A stretch of DNA of 50,192 nucleotides, taken from NCBI GenBank assembly GCA_002256025.1, contig NKIB01013883.1, forward strand, positions 1 to 50,192, read 5' to 3'. Made by a program: the position numbers and the translations under genes. Each line of letters starts with the position of its first letter. Position 1 is the stretch's first letter. This document shows, piece by piece, positions 1 to 12,936 of this stretch. This DNA is from Asterionella formosa. Its lineage: Eukaryota. The notes under the pieces are model-generated. The model made no database searches. It saw nothing but the letters and a program-made list of their open reading frames with translations, and was not told the DNA's origin.

Positions 1-797
1 TTGTAGGCTAAATCAGATTAAAGTTACAGACAATTCCAAACAACCAGGTGGTCAGGTGGTTTATTAAATGAAAAATCAAAAGAGATACACATGAATCAAT
101 TTGGAATTGGAATCACTATTGCCAGCATGATGACGTATGTAGCACTAAAGTTTGGATACTGCTCGTTTAGCAAAATTACCGCAACTTGCCGGTAAGCTGA
201 GTACCCTGGTACCAGGTACCTGGTACCTGGTACCGGTACCACCATCTTGCTTCATGTGCATATTTTTATGCATCATCACGCACATCCCGGACTTTCTACG
301 ACTAATCAGAGTTGATTTTTCAACCAAAAAGGGAGTACAAAATCAACCGTCAATGCAACCGGGTTGATTTTTTCTTTGTTGTACAATACTGTATTTTCTC
401 GTGATCTAGTACGGAAAAATACCGTCAAGGTATTTTACCATCCGCAGTAGAACGATACTTGAGGCCTACAGAAAAATACAACCTGGGTTGATTTTTACAA
501 GTAATACCACGGGTCCCTGGTGCCTTGTAGAAGTAAATGGTATGTGGTACCAGGGTACCATTTACCTTGTACCAAGTACCATTTCTACGCAAAATGTGCA
601 ACGGCACTGGCACCTATCACACGCAAGTAGTTACCGGTAAATCATTTCAGTTGTGCTCGACACACCCAAATCATTCAGACATGCACTTACCTCTTCTACC
701 TTACTTGGTATCAACTGTTTTCATTTGCATCGGTTTTCGCGACAGGAGCGAACAACACGAGAAATAGAACAAGGTGCGACCATGACGGAGGCTGCAT

Positions 798-946
798 CCA
801 AAGATGATGATTCAGTTGCACATTCGAGTGCAATAAAGTGAATGTTGTCGCTTCTTCCTGGTAGTCAGCAGAGAGTGGAATTGTGACGACGAGATGCGCT
901 TTAATGTGTTGCCTGGTTGTGTTTCCGGGGTCTGAGCCCTGATTGG
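798..946 (+). ncRNA. candidate box C/D snoRNA in the RPL18A 5'UTR intron
   Basis: C box ATGATGA 804-810, D box CTGA 939-942 (second CTGA 932-935), terminal stem ccaa(798-801)/ttgg(943-946), C'-like GTGACGA 883-889. It lies in a predicted intron of a ribosomal protein gene. No rRNA target identified. Confidence 0.45.
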
Positions 947-1030
947 TCCCTCAATGCCTACACTAAAAAAAAGTCCGTAAATGTCATACAGAAAGTATCG
1001 CTCACATTCTTTTCCCTTCAAACTTAACAG

Positions 1031-1582
1031 ATGACTGTTGCAGGACTTATGCGTCAATATCAAGTGGTTGGCCGTAAGGCTGCCACTGACGATGCCCCAA
1101 ACCCTGAAGCATACCGTATGATTATTTTCGCCCCCAACAAAGTGATTGCCAAATCCAAGTTCTGGTATTACATGCATCAGTTCCGTAAGATGAAGGCCAC
1201 CACCGGTGAAATTCTTGACTGTGTCGAGATTGTTGAAAAGAACTCCCGAATTGTGAAGAATTACGGAATCTGGCTCCGCTACTCGTCCAGATCTGGAACG
1301 CACAATATGTACCGTGAATTCCGAGATGTCACTCTCGTTGGAGCTGTTTCCCAACTTTACGACGAGATGGCTGGTCGACACCGTACCCGCCCTCGTTCCA
1401 TCCAAATCATTCGTACCGGCACAGTTGCTGCCAAGGATTTGAGACGCCCCAACGGCATGCAATTTGCCAAAGCGGCCGTCAAATTCCCTCTTCCTCACCG
1501 CGTTGCCAGTGGAAAGCGTCTTCAAAAGGCCCTCTCCGACCGCACATATTCTACTGTCCGCCCCACAACTTTCTTCGGTTAA
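1031..1582 (+). CDS. RPL18A: 60S ribosomal protein L18a (eL20)
   Basis: 183-aa ORF with characteristic motifs YQVVGR, IFAPNKVIAKSKFWY, KNYGIWLRYSSRSGTHNMYREFRD, MAGRHR, KFPLPHR. The ATG is directly preceded by a pyrimidine tract and 'aacag', suggesting a 5'UTR intron (donor aag|gtgcga at ~774, acceptor 1030). Confidence 0.97.
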   Translation: MTVAGLMRQYQVVGRKAATDDAPNPEAYRMIIFAPNKVIAKSKFWYYMHQFRKMKATTGEILDCVEIVEKNSRIVKNYGIWLRYSSRSGTHNMYREFRDVTLVGAVSQLYDEMAGRHRTRPRSIQIIRTGTVAAKDLRRPNGMQFAKAAVKFPLPHRVASGKRLQKALSDRTYSTVRPTTFFG

Positions 1583-3899
1583 TAATGCACAAGTTATTCA
1601 ATCAAAGCAAAGAATCGGCTTCGTCTCACTTCTTATGTCGTTTTCTCTGTTTGGACAAATATATTGCAATCTGATTGGTATTCACTAAAGATTTCTTCCG
1701 TTCTAGTTCGTTTTCTTGTGAGTAGAAGTAGATTATGATTCAAGTGCAGTAGTCTTGTTGTAACCACTGTCGACTCTGTGGAGTACAATAGGATTGACAA
1801 ACCATGGTTGTTCATGCTTGAGTGACCATCTATTATTCTGCCTGGTTGTGGATACTCTCCTCATAAATTTGAATCAAACCAATAGCATATCCCAGATATC
1901 TGGGTTGGTAAAAAGCCCAAAGCTATGATGTACCCCGAAAATTAACTAGCAGTCAGACTAGCAATACAGAACTGTTTTGGCTACTCCAGAGTCACATGTT
2001 CTGTGTGTTAAAACCAAATTGACAAGAGTACTAGACAAACTCAGAGTCAAAAAGTAAACTTCATAATATTAAGAAAAAGCACTACTCAGTACATTGCTTG
2101 ACTCTTGTTTTCTCGAATTATCTTGATGTTGCTACCTTTTGTCACACTCTGGAGTATAATAATTGCTTAGCCCTTTGCCTACTCTCAGAAAACATTCACT
2201 TGATCCAGCTTGCTCCTGCTGTAGTGTTTCGAAACATTTATACTTGCAACTCACAGTTTCTAGTGATAACTTGGACAGATAGGATTAATCATTGCTTTTT
2301 GCCAAGCAGTGGCTGATTCAATTTCTATGGCTGGTTGCAATTTCTGGGGCCACGAGGTAGACCCCATAGGCCTAGTATTAGCAAAAACCCTGACCCTACT
2401 AGTAGGAGAACTGAATATAATATTTTGCGCCTTAGTAAAACCCTTGTTAAAATCACACTGACCATGTTGGTATTTTTCTGTTGGTTTACTCAACAACAGA
2501 ACAACCTCCTGCGCCGCCGCTTGATTTATCAATATCTCCGCCATGAGCAGCGCTACCATTAGATGCATCAAGCGGCGCAGGAGCAAACAATATGGTTTAT
2601 CTATGACCTATCTAGTGTTGAGCATGGTAAATCCATGCCTAGATGACCAATAGATTCATGAGGAAAAGGTCTTCAGCTTGATAATGGGCGATCTGGAGCT
2701 GAAGCTGTACAGGAATGCCTCAAATATAGTCCTATAGTACTAGCAGAAACAATGAAGCTGCTACAACGATTTCACAACTGTCACCATGCAATGGACTTCG
2801 ATTTAAAGTTCACCATGAATGAACTCAATCACGACAGCAACAAGATCATATGGTAAAATTATTCAAATGTGTACATGAAATTTATTCATATGAATGTTAT
2901 TAAACTAAAATAACGTTGTACTTGTGGCTACTATGGCGGCTAGCTACCTAATGTATTTTCAGGATGCACCTAGCCAGTCAATCAAGCAATTCTCGCTCCA
3001 GCTATCATCGAGTCATTCATGTACTTCTAAGTAGTTTCTAGGCTCTTCAGTTTGGCAACTAAGCGCTACTGGTTTCATCAATGAACTCATTTAGCCTCAG
3101 ACTGGGCATGATGGACTATGATTGTCATGGTGAAAGTTGAATTGCTTTTTTCACTTTTCAGCAACACAAACAAAAATGAGGTGAATACTAGATAGATTAT
3201 AATCAAATCTGTGGAGTATATAAAATGGTTTCCGTAAGTAAACCCCTTGCCAATGTTCTTGCCCAGGCATGGAAAACCAACAAGGCTCATTTGCCATAAA
3301 TTGCATTGCAAACACAATGGCAACATATGAAATATGCAAAATATATTTTAATGATGCTGGGCAATACCGGACCCTTGGCAACTTTTGATGTGCATTTAAG
3401 AAATATACAGAATATTTTTATGTAATGGGCATTACATCTTTTACGCTCAATGAGTGGGCAGAAGATAAGCAAATAGTTCCACAATTGCTAGTTTGTGAAT
3501 TGCTTCAACAATGACATACCCTTCTTGACACTTATTTGCCTTTTTGTATACATGTGTACTCGGCTGATTTGGCACTTGTTGGGTGACCTTCTTGCAGTGC
3601 TGGGGGCGCCACTCATACAGTCAACCAACTGCACCACCCAACTTCTCACACATGTATACTCACAGACAAGCGACCAGCCACCTCGGGCGTGTCTTGCATT
3701 ACGTCAAATCAACAAATTTGCTACATACCTATCATAGTACCCATTCTAGGTACCGGTACACGCGTATCAAACAACAACTCCCTGCTACATATTATGTAAA
3801 GATACCTCGTTCACCTTCTACTATTGGTAATGGTATTCAGCAACTGGATGACGGTTTGCTGATGAAATTCACCAACCAAAAAATCAGTAACTTCTATTC

Positions 3900-4900
3900 G
3901 TAGTCAGCAGTTTCTAGTCGTAGCCAGAAAATTCTCATCGCTCTCAGCAAATTCTAATTTTTGTCAGCAAGTTCTAGTTGCATGTAGTCACCAGCTGGAT
4001 CATCTATCACGAACAAAAGAGACATTTTGAAATGTCAATGGACTTTTAATCGACATTACTAATTAAATAGAAAATCAAAAAAATTTCGTTAGACCTACAG
4101 AACCGGTTACCGTAGTGTAGCGTCGTGCTGCGTAGTACTATGAAAATATCAAATCTGTTTGTAACTTCGTTGTTTTGAATTGTGCATCATCTAAACTTCG
4201 TGAAGCAATTCGCCATTGGCGACTTAAATTTTCATTGTCAAAATAGTTTCATTGTCAATTATTTTTTACGATTGTATTATCTATGTTGTGTTAGATATAT
4301 TTACCGGATAGCATAGTTTTCATTTTTCCATGTAGAAATTTGCTATTTTTGGCAAGGTCAAGGGGGGAGCCGGCATGATGCGGCAGGATTATCCAGCCAC
4401 GCACAAGAACTAAAATCTGGTGCGTGTTAATATACAGAATGAAATTGCAACATGTAAGCTAATTAATTATATACCAGCTTATATGAGGCAGCGCTACCTT
4501 GGGTACCCTAAAAATATACACCAGTATCCTAGTATGTAGCCATCATAGAATATATGTGATAGATCTATGTGATATATGTGTTATCTCTTTGTGATATATG
4601 TGTGATATTGCAAATAGTATAGCAATGCCCCGGTATGCTGTTGCATCTGACGTGATGATGACTGTGACCACAATGTATATAGATATGACATTACATGTGC
4701 TTATATGTATTGGCAAGGCAATCAGGGGGTATTGGTTTTGTTTGTTCATGTATATACTTCGTAGCATAAGGGTCATTCAGAAAATCTACGGTATTCTTAT
4801 TCTCAAATTCTAGTTGCTGTAGCAAGTTCTAGTCGTAGTTAGCAAATTTCAGTAATTGTCAGCAAATTCTAGTCGTTGTCAACAAATCCTAGTCATTGTC
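3900..4900. mobile_element. non-coding dispersed repeat (non-autonomous DNA element body), inverted copy of ~20640-21450
   Basis: 3990-4800 aligns by eye with the reverse complement of 20700-21435 (e.g. ttttgaattgtgcatcatctaaact vs agtttagatgatgcacaattcaaaa; ggttaccgtagtgtagcgt vs acgctacactacggtaacc). Partial third copy at ~25740-25920. Confidence 0.8.
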
Positions 4901-5092
4901 AGCAAATCCTAGTCATTGTCAGCAAGTTCTAGTGGTACTCAGCAAATCTTAGTAATTGTCAGCAAATTCTAGTCGTTGTCAGCAAATCCTAGTCATTGAC
5001 AGCAAGTTCTAGTCATACTCAGAAAATTATAGTCATTGTCAGCATATTCTAGTCATTGTAAGTAAGTTCAAGTCATTGTCAGCAAGTTCTAA
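4803..5092. repeat. 20-bp minisatellite (agcaaattctagtcattgtc), about 14 degenerate units
   Basis: Visible 20-nt periodicity. Related units at 3900-3980 and reverse-complement units at ~20660-20710. Confidence 0.9.
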
Positions 5093-5357
5093 ATGTAGAA
5101 AGGGTAGAATTCCTATTTGGATTCTGAAGCTAGAAGATGGTTTGCTGAACCCGTTCATCAGTCAGGAAATCCGAGTCATGTTCAGAGACAGATTCTGCAA
5201 GTCGTCATCAGTCAATAAGAGTAATGTTTTCCTAAATTACTTCAGGAATATCATTTTCATTGAAAGCTGGCCTATCATCCGGCAGGCAGCATGAGATGAT
5301 CCATTGGGATTGCATCAAAACTGAAAAGGTGCGCTACTGGACCTTCCAGGTGGAGTA

Positions 5358-5453
5358 CCTGCAAGTTGCGTTAATTGTAATCTAGCTATATATTTAGCTC
5401 TCTTTATCCTATATTAAATTGTTCATTGAAGCAAAATGACCGCAACTAGCTGG
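5358..5453. mobile_element. ~95-bp MITE (family A), TA-flanked
   Basis: ta|cctgcaagttgcg...cgcaactagctgg|ta. Shares internal tttagctctctttatcc...gcaaaatgaccg with the other copies. Confidence 0.8.
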
Positions 5454-5518
5454 TACCTGGGACCACCGATATCAGTGATGGTGATTCCTTTCATGATGAT
5501 GTCATCACTTCAGTTCTA

Positions 5519-5666
5519 CCGGACAAAGTACCTGGATTCTGTGTACCTTCACCGGACAAAAAGATCAAACTGTTGATCATCAAGACGAACGCGGTGAAGC
5601 TAGTGATTTTCGGTTGAAGTTATAGTGAAGATCACCTTCACGGCGTTCTCCTGGACGATTGTCCGG
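5519..5666. mobile_element. small TIR element (ccggacaa...ttgtccgg), TA-flanked
   Basis: ta|ccggacaaagtacctgga ... cctggacgattgtccgg|ta, followed by a cctggtacctg array. Only one copy seen. Confidence 0.45.
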
Positions 5667-8084
5667 TACCTGGTACCTGCCTGGTACTAGATCGTAGTAG
5701 CATCCTACCAAAGGCGAAATAAATTTATGGAATCCTGTTTTGTGTACACGGATATGGTAAGTTTTTCATGAGTTCAAGTGTGTTTGAAAGAATTTTGAGA
5801 CATGCATCACGATCAACACACTTATACACCATGGCGCCTTTGTTCCATCATGTCATTGCTGCAAAACTTGATGGCTGCCCAGTGAATGCTTATTTCGCTT
5901 GGTAGGCCTGCTTGCAGGAAGTCATTGAATAGTTGATGCAGGTTGAAATGCGCAAGCCAAGCAAGTTAAGAAGTAAAGCATGTTTGATAATATTAAAATA
6001 AATTTTTATTCTTTTACTTTCTTGATTTGCTACTACTTTATTATTTTATTTTGTCACAAATCTTTCCCTTCCTTCCATCATTCCAACAGATACTCAGCAG
6101 AACCATTTTAATGTTTGACAGCTTAGCTATCATTCCAACCTTTTTCTTCTTCGAACAAAACTCCACTCAATTAGCTAGAATTTGATTTTAGTCAATCTGT
6201 CAGCAAACCCAAATACATTTTCACTCTCCACATGTGTCAATATGCTTTGTTATGATTATAGAATTAGCAACTTAATACCAGCTATTTTGGTGGTTTTCGT
6301 TTTAAGAAGTGGATGCAACTCAAATTGTATTACATATCTGGAGTTGATCTGGCTGTCAGTGGACCAACACCATGCATAGCTATCTTGGTTTCAAATTCAT
6401 GAATTATTAAACTTCGTCATGACGATGAATTATCGTACAAATCAAAAAGTATTAATGGCCCATGCATTTGTACTACCCTATTTGTAGGCAAGTCTTTCAT
6501 CGTGCTCAAAACAACATATTTACAGCTTAAATTATTCGACAAAAAATTGAATTGGTTCATTGAGTTGAACTCTCAGCAGACCCAAACCGAGTCTCACTTT
6601 CAATATGAATCATAAGCTTTCATGATATGACCCTTGATTATCCAACACAACAAAGCTGTTTTCAACCTAGTCGACACAGACCTAATTACTTTATTTGGTT
6701 CAACTCTCAGTACTAGACCCAAATCGATTTTTATTTCCATAGGAATCATCAGTAATCTTCATCATATAATGATACTAGGGCAGATTATCCTGTACAAGAA
6801 ACAGTATGTATGCACTTTTCGAATGAGTCGACACAAACCTGACCGAACTGTTTGTTTTCGATTGAATGCTCACTGGATCCAAATTGAATTTCTCTTTCCA
6901 TTTTAATTATTATTCTTTGTCATGGCAATACTTTGTCAAACAAAGCTGGACTCAAATAGAATTGATTGTTTACATTATCTGTCAGCGAACCCCAAATTAG
7001 TTTTCGCTTGTTTACTTCCAGACCATATGAATTCTTCTTCATTGTGACCATAGATCTTCTCCAACAACTCAAAACATAACAATACTGGTCCTTGTTCATA
7101 CAAGTTGTTCTTCACGATCACTTAATTACCCAGCAAATCAAAACAGTAAAGTTTGTACTTTTTGTTGCCAGTTAAATCTTAGCAGGCCAAAAATTTTCGA
7201 TCTGAATTGCTATTTATTGTCATGATGTGAGATCATACCAAACACCACCTCGAAATAGCATGACATAAGTACTACTAACTAGCTAGTAACTCAAAATACT
7301 ACTGGTAGTCACATGGTGCATTGAGTGTATTATCTATACCGGGTGAACCGTGCAAATTCATGCACGATTTCATACATGCATTGTGTATTTATAATTTGTT
7401 GCCGTATTTCGACAACAAGTATGGCATACAAATGGATTCTGGATTCCGTCCTGTTGTACACTCGTGTGTAGAATTCATTGTATGTAGCCTGTCCATATCT
7501 CACCTACATAAATGTCGAAGTGTCCGGTAAAACTGAAATGCAACTCATCATCCACTGCCGTGGATCACTCATTCGCTCGTTTATTTAATTAAATGCATCA
7601 AAGCAATTACCGGTATGCTGGCTGATACCAGGTACCTGGTCGTTCCTCCGCCCCTGCCTCGTCGGCTCTCGGTCTGCCGCGCACTCCGTACTTTTTGCCT
7701 GCTGAGTCACTCAGGTCTTGGACTCACTCGACCAAATCATTCGTAAACCGGGATGTTGAAGTGTTTGCTTGCACGTAGCTAAACAGGGTCAATCCTACGA
7801 TCGCGTTTCTCACTTGCTTTTCGCACACCATGCATTCTTCGCTCATCTTGACATCTGGCTTTATGAAACCACGTTGTTTTGTTGGGTTAATTCTGGGCTT
7901 AAATTGTATGAATCAGCCGCTTGGTTCGAACTTTATGTTCATCATCACTTTGTTCTGATTCAGTTCATCCGTCGCTCAGCACAGTCAGCACAACGAGAAC
8001 TCCGTTATATGCATTTCAGCTACGTGATAGACGCAAGCAACCTACCGGTACTCCCCTCTCATATCACAATTGTAAAAATAGCAA

Positions 8085-11000
8085 ATGGTCAAATATGGAT
8101 TTGCAGTAGGCGTGTTGGTAGCATCAGCATGTGGATCGGTCAACGGCTTTGCTCCAGCTAGATCGCTTCTCTCTCCTTCAGTTAAACGTGAAATACGAGT
8201 TGGGCTTCGAAGAGGCATATCTGCTTCGACACTCTACGATCCCGAATTTGACCGCAACGACATCAATGCTTCCTTCCAAACTGTGAGTGCTGAGTATCTT
8301 GACTCCTTGTCGGGTGTGCTAAGCGACGACGACGATGCGGTTGAAGTTCAGATGGCCCTCAAGAAGAAGGTTGTCAAGGATCGTGTCCAGAAAAGCCTTG
8401 GCACCTTTCAACTTAGTTTCTCGACGATTGCTCCTTTGGGCATGTCATTGTGCCAAGTGGATCCAGGTCTTGTTTTCTCGGAAGTTGACCTCAACGTTGA
8501 TACCCTTAGCTCCCAACCAGCACCTTTGCCAGGCGCTACTCAGGACCTGGCAACAATGGACCTGGAGGCTACCAAGAAGAGAATTGGGTCCAAGTTTCGT
8601 GGGCTTTTGGTTTCATCTGTAGTTAAGGGAGGTTGTGCCTGGCAGGCTGGTGTTCGTCCCGGTGATGCCCTTGTAGCAACCTCTGCTACCATCGGGGATG
8701 TAAGTGGGCATGACAGGAGTGATATTATGCTTTTCTGACTTTCGTGATGTTTTCTTACCTTGCGAAATTTCGCATTCGCTAGTCTCTGTGGCCTAAATCA
8801 ACACTTGATGGAGTCAGATCAGCTATTTCCTCCAGAAAAGTAGTTTCTGGAATGATAGATTTTCAGTTCCAACGAGCAAGCGAGGCTGGTGTCAGCGCCC
8901 AAACCTATGAGCTTACACTCGCTCGACCCATTGGTATTGAAATTGAAGGTATGTCCATCGCGCTTCTACATTTGTGATCAACCACGTAGGTTTGATCAGG
9001 TTTTTGACCATGCCATACTTTCATCGCACACAGAAACACCTGACGGTTACGTGCAAGTTACTGGTTTCACCGAAAATGCCCCTAGACTTGTCAAATACGC
9101 AATTAATATTGGAGATCGAATTTTAGCTGTTGATTCGTCCATCGGTGGGAGCATGTGGCCTGTATCGACCGCAGCTGGTGTGATTTCAGCATGTACTTCC
9201 CGCTTGCCAGGCCAATCTATCACTATTCGATTTGAAAGACCTGAGAACCTCAACGGAGAAGCATTAACAACGGCTGCCATGGTTTCACCAGTTCGCGAGC
9301 AACAATCAATTCTGTTGAAAGCAGGACCCAAACAAGAAACGTTATTGAAGCGATGCAGAGATGTGCTAAGGAAATACAAGAACGAAGAACAACAAGACGA
9401 GCAGAAGAACTTCTCTGGTAAATACTCAGTTCCCTCATTGGTCGCTGACAAGGTGTTGGATGCGGTCGCTAGTGCGTCAACCTCACTTGATGCCAAGACA
9501 CTTTGCATGATTATGAATGCCTACCTTTCATGCAAGCAGCCGGAGGCTGCCATTAGAGCATTCGAGACGTCGGTTGGAATTAGCGCCGACGGATCTTTTA
9601 GTACATCAACCTCGACGATTCATGGGAAGGAGAAAGGCACACTTATCCCCAATCTAGACGCTCTGAATCTTTATACTGTATCGTCATTGATGAGAGCTCA
9701 TTCACTTCTTGGCGACATCGCATCTGTTCGTAGAGTCTTATGGGCCTTAGAAGGTAAATCAGGGATAGATGTTGACGGAAAAGTAACAGGTGTGTGGCCT
9801 CGCTCTGGGAGTACCGCATCTATCATTCCAGATACTCAGTTGTATAACATTGCCTTGTCGGCGGCTGCAAGGAGTGACGAGAGCCTTGAGGATCTTCTAA
9901 TGCTCTTCAACAATATGAGGGACAGGAAGGATTTCGAGGAAGGACCCGTCAAAGACACAGTGTCGTACAATACTGTCATCAACGCTTTGGCACAGGCTGG
10001 AAAATTCGAAGATGCTTTCGCCGCTTTCTACACCATGAAGCGATCAGGAATTAAACCAGATAAGTTTACATATACTTCTTTGGTGAAAGCCTGCGTCCAA
10101 GACGGTGACACTCGAGAACTCCTGTTTGATATGCAGGAGGAAGGAGTGAAAGCTGACGTGGTTATGTTTAATTTCATAATTAGAAACCTTTGCGAAAGCG
10201 GAAAATGGTACGATGCAAAGAAGCTAGTCACACAAATGGAGGCAAGTGGAATTGCGCCTGATGCAATGACTTATGGATTCCTGATGAATGGGTTGTTGAT
10301 AGCCAAAAAACCAAGTGCATGCCTTTCACTTTTTGAAGCAGCATGCGCTGAATCAAAAACAATTTCTTTAACTGAGAATGTTCATCTATTCACTACTGCC
10401 ATTACTGCAGCATCTGCACTTGAAAACCACGAGAAAGCTTTTCATTTGATAAACCGAATGAAAATTGCCGGAATCAAGCCGAATATTAAAACATTGACGG
10501 CGCTAATGGGCGCTTGCATGTCGTCCGGTAAGTACGCTTTAGCAACGGAAGTATACAAGCAGATTGAAGTACCCGATGCAGTCGCAAAGTCTAAAGGTGT
10601 GGAGGCATTTTGTCTGGAAGCTAACTTTGATAAAGCCATGGAAATCCTGACAAGCAAGGAAGGGCCCGAAATGTCCGGCAAGCAGCAGATGATGGCTCAT
10701 GGACACCTGCTAAGAAACTCATTGATGGGCGGAAACATGAAAGTTGCCAGAGACGCTTTCAAGGCATTCCTCGGGGCCGGCTTCATCCCTTCGAAGAACA
10801 CATTCCTTATCATTATTCAAGCCCTAAACCTGGTGCCACCAAAGAAGAGAAATCTACCATTTGCGAAGGTCATCCCAGAGGAGAACTTCAGTTTTCTTCT
10901 TTTCGTCATGGACTCCATACGAGACCGAAAACTTCCATGTGATGGCGTTTTTTATACATCCGTCTTATTGGCGGGATCGCGCATTGGTGGACTTCGACGA

Positions 11001-11306
11001 AAGATTTGTTCCCTCATGACAGAATCTCGAGGGAAAACAGAAGAGCCCGAGTCATATCAACGACAGACACTTGTTCAGGATAATTCGGCCCCTGTTTTAA
11101 ACGAAATCAGTTGGGAGGATTTGCTACATAACTACGATGCGATCAAGGCCGATATTGGTGTTCATCTCAGTCTTCCCTCGCTAACAGTCCGAATGGGCAA
11201 AGATGACGTTAGGCAAGTATTAACTGCTGAGCATGAAGTGACATACAAAGGGGTTGCAAGAAGGAAATTGAAAAGCACTGCTCCTCTAGTGTCATTGTCC
11301 TCTTGA
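8085..11306 (+). CDS. plastid-targeted protein with two PDZ-like domains and pentatricopeptide repeats (3 exons: 8085-8699, 8783-8948, 9034-11306)
   Basis: N-terminal signal peptide ending VNG-FAP (ASAFAP-like). PDZ-like segments GLLVSSVVKGGCAWQAGVRPGD...SLWPKSTLDGVRSAI and INIGDRILAVDSSIGGSMWPV. PPR motifs DTVSYNTVINALAQAGKFEDAF...MKRSGIKPDKFTYTSLVKAC, DVVMFNFIIR, PDAMTYGFLM. GT-AG introns 8700-8782 and 8949-9033 keep the frame. Confidence 0.9.
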
Positions 11307-11610
11307 ACCTTTACATTTCCTTATCATGATGGGCTATTCTGCGACAATGCCTGAATTGGCTCTACTTAACCACCTAACCAGTACACTATTATAAAAACTA
11401 ACAATAGATTTCCCAGTCATCTCAACTTCATCTGCCTTCAACTCAAGCCTTTCTAGTGATTTGCGAATCAACTTATTTTGCCAACCCGCTTCCACAAACT
11501 CCGCCAATGCATCATCAACCAATTGTTGAGTGAAAGGACGTCGAACGTAGAATTCGCAAAAAAATGCATCCAAATAACAAAATATAACATGAAGCAAATT
11601 CACAATCTCA

Positions 11611-12936
11611 TTAACAGCCAAGATACTCTTTCTTTTTGCCCCAAAAGGAAATAGGGTGCCTATTGGCAAATTCAATGCATTGAAGGACTCCAGCAATGAA
11701 AAAAAAGCAACTTCCCCACATTGTGCTAAAACTACTAGCCCACTTGGTAAGTTGGTAGCAACAACCAGCACTAGCTGTGGCAGGGATCGCAAACAACCCG
11801 CAAAAGAGGAAACCCCACCCACCCAAAGCGTTGAAAAAAGCCACATAGTATCCAATGGATTGAGATTTGGTTGCCCAGCACCATGATCCCGATGCTTCAG
11901 CCATACCGATATGGCCCACAACAACGAATCCAACACTTGGTATGACTTGTAGCAAATCCAAGAAAAATATTTCTACTCCGACTCGAGGAGCAGTGTTGAT
12001 ATCGTAGGGATACCACATCACAGCTGGGATAAAAAATACGAGTGTTGACACAAAGAAAAGATACGCACCAAATACGGAAACATATCCCCAGTCAGGATTC
12101 CAGGACCACCAGATATAGGGAGAATGGATTTCATATTCGTCAACGTGAAGTGAAGGACGAAGGGCCTCACAAGATGAGACCTTGGATCTTATCACATGGT
12201 TACCGATGACCACGTCAATTTCTGTTCACACAATACCTTCCTTGTTTACGAGCGGATCATCTCTTGTTATAATGTTGCCCGTTTCATGATGGTAAACAAT
12301 TGGATACCCATCACTGCGAATTAAGTATTGTCGGTCGTCGCCGTCAAGTCCATGATTGTCATGTGCGAGGGGAGACCGGTTTTTTCCATATACTCGAGTC
12401 GAACGTCGATAATCCCGCTTTAAATCATCGCTAGGGAATGCCATTTCCGTGTGAGTTTGATTTAAAACTTCAACAACACCAAGGTAGCCCGTGACGATAA
12501 ACATGAAAGCTCCCAACACTCCAGTGCCATAGCTAATCTGCAGAGCTTGATCTTCTGCCACTATTCCGGGCCAAGTCGCAAAAACTCCGTTTATGACCCA
12601 GAGAGTGTTAGCTACAAATCCAACCCAAGAAATCCACCAAGAGACAATATGAGGCTCCCAAGAAAGAAATTGAACGCTGCAATGGCCCTTTGCTGTTTCC
12701 CCACCAGGTTCTGGTTCGCCTTCAGCGAGGGCCAAGAAACGCATCTTGCGATGATGACGAGCATTCCAGTGGTAGAGGTTCCCGTCTTCATCGTTGCGGA
12801 TGACGGCCAACACAGGATGGCTGAAGAAAGGCCCACAAAGAACTGATTTCTCGAGGACCGAGTAACACAGACGTGGTTTCAACTTCTGCGCATTCTCAGT
12901 GTAGGCTTGAACTTGAACTGGATTATCTTCCTTCAT
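11611..12936 (-). CDS. multi-pass integral membrane protein (YrhK-like/fungal integral membrane type), interrupted by an in-frame TGA at 12226-12228
   Basis: ORFs 12226-13023 (likely start MKEDNP at 12936) and 11611-12213 are in the same frame, separated only by TGA and 4 codons. Many hydrophobic helices (SWWISWVGFVANTLWVING; WGYVSVFGAYLFFVSTLVF; YYVAFFNALGGWGF; WGSCFFFIAGVLQ). The family call is tentative. Confidence 0.7.

Noticed and set aside
201..243. taccagg runs as telomeric repeats or bacterial Dcm (CCWGG) clusters
   Set aside because: Mixed orientation, variable unit length and interstitial positions argue against telomeres, and the DNA is clearly intron-containing eukaryotic.
812..1525. 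237-aa minus-strand ORF
   Set aside because: Antisense shadow of the codon-biased RPL18A gene.
2260..3380. Fragmentary ORFs in an AT-rich region
   Set aside because: Probably decayed TE coding sequence, but no diagnostic motif was recognised.
4803..5092. Regular repeat array as a possible CRISPR
   Set aside because: Units are contiguous 20-mers without unique spacers, there are no cas genes, and the context is eukaryotic.
11334..11936. 200-aa overlapping minus-strand ORF
   Set aside because: Alternative frame overlapping the membrane-protein C-terminus, with no recognisable motifs.
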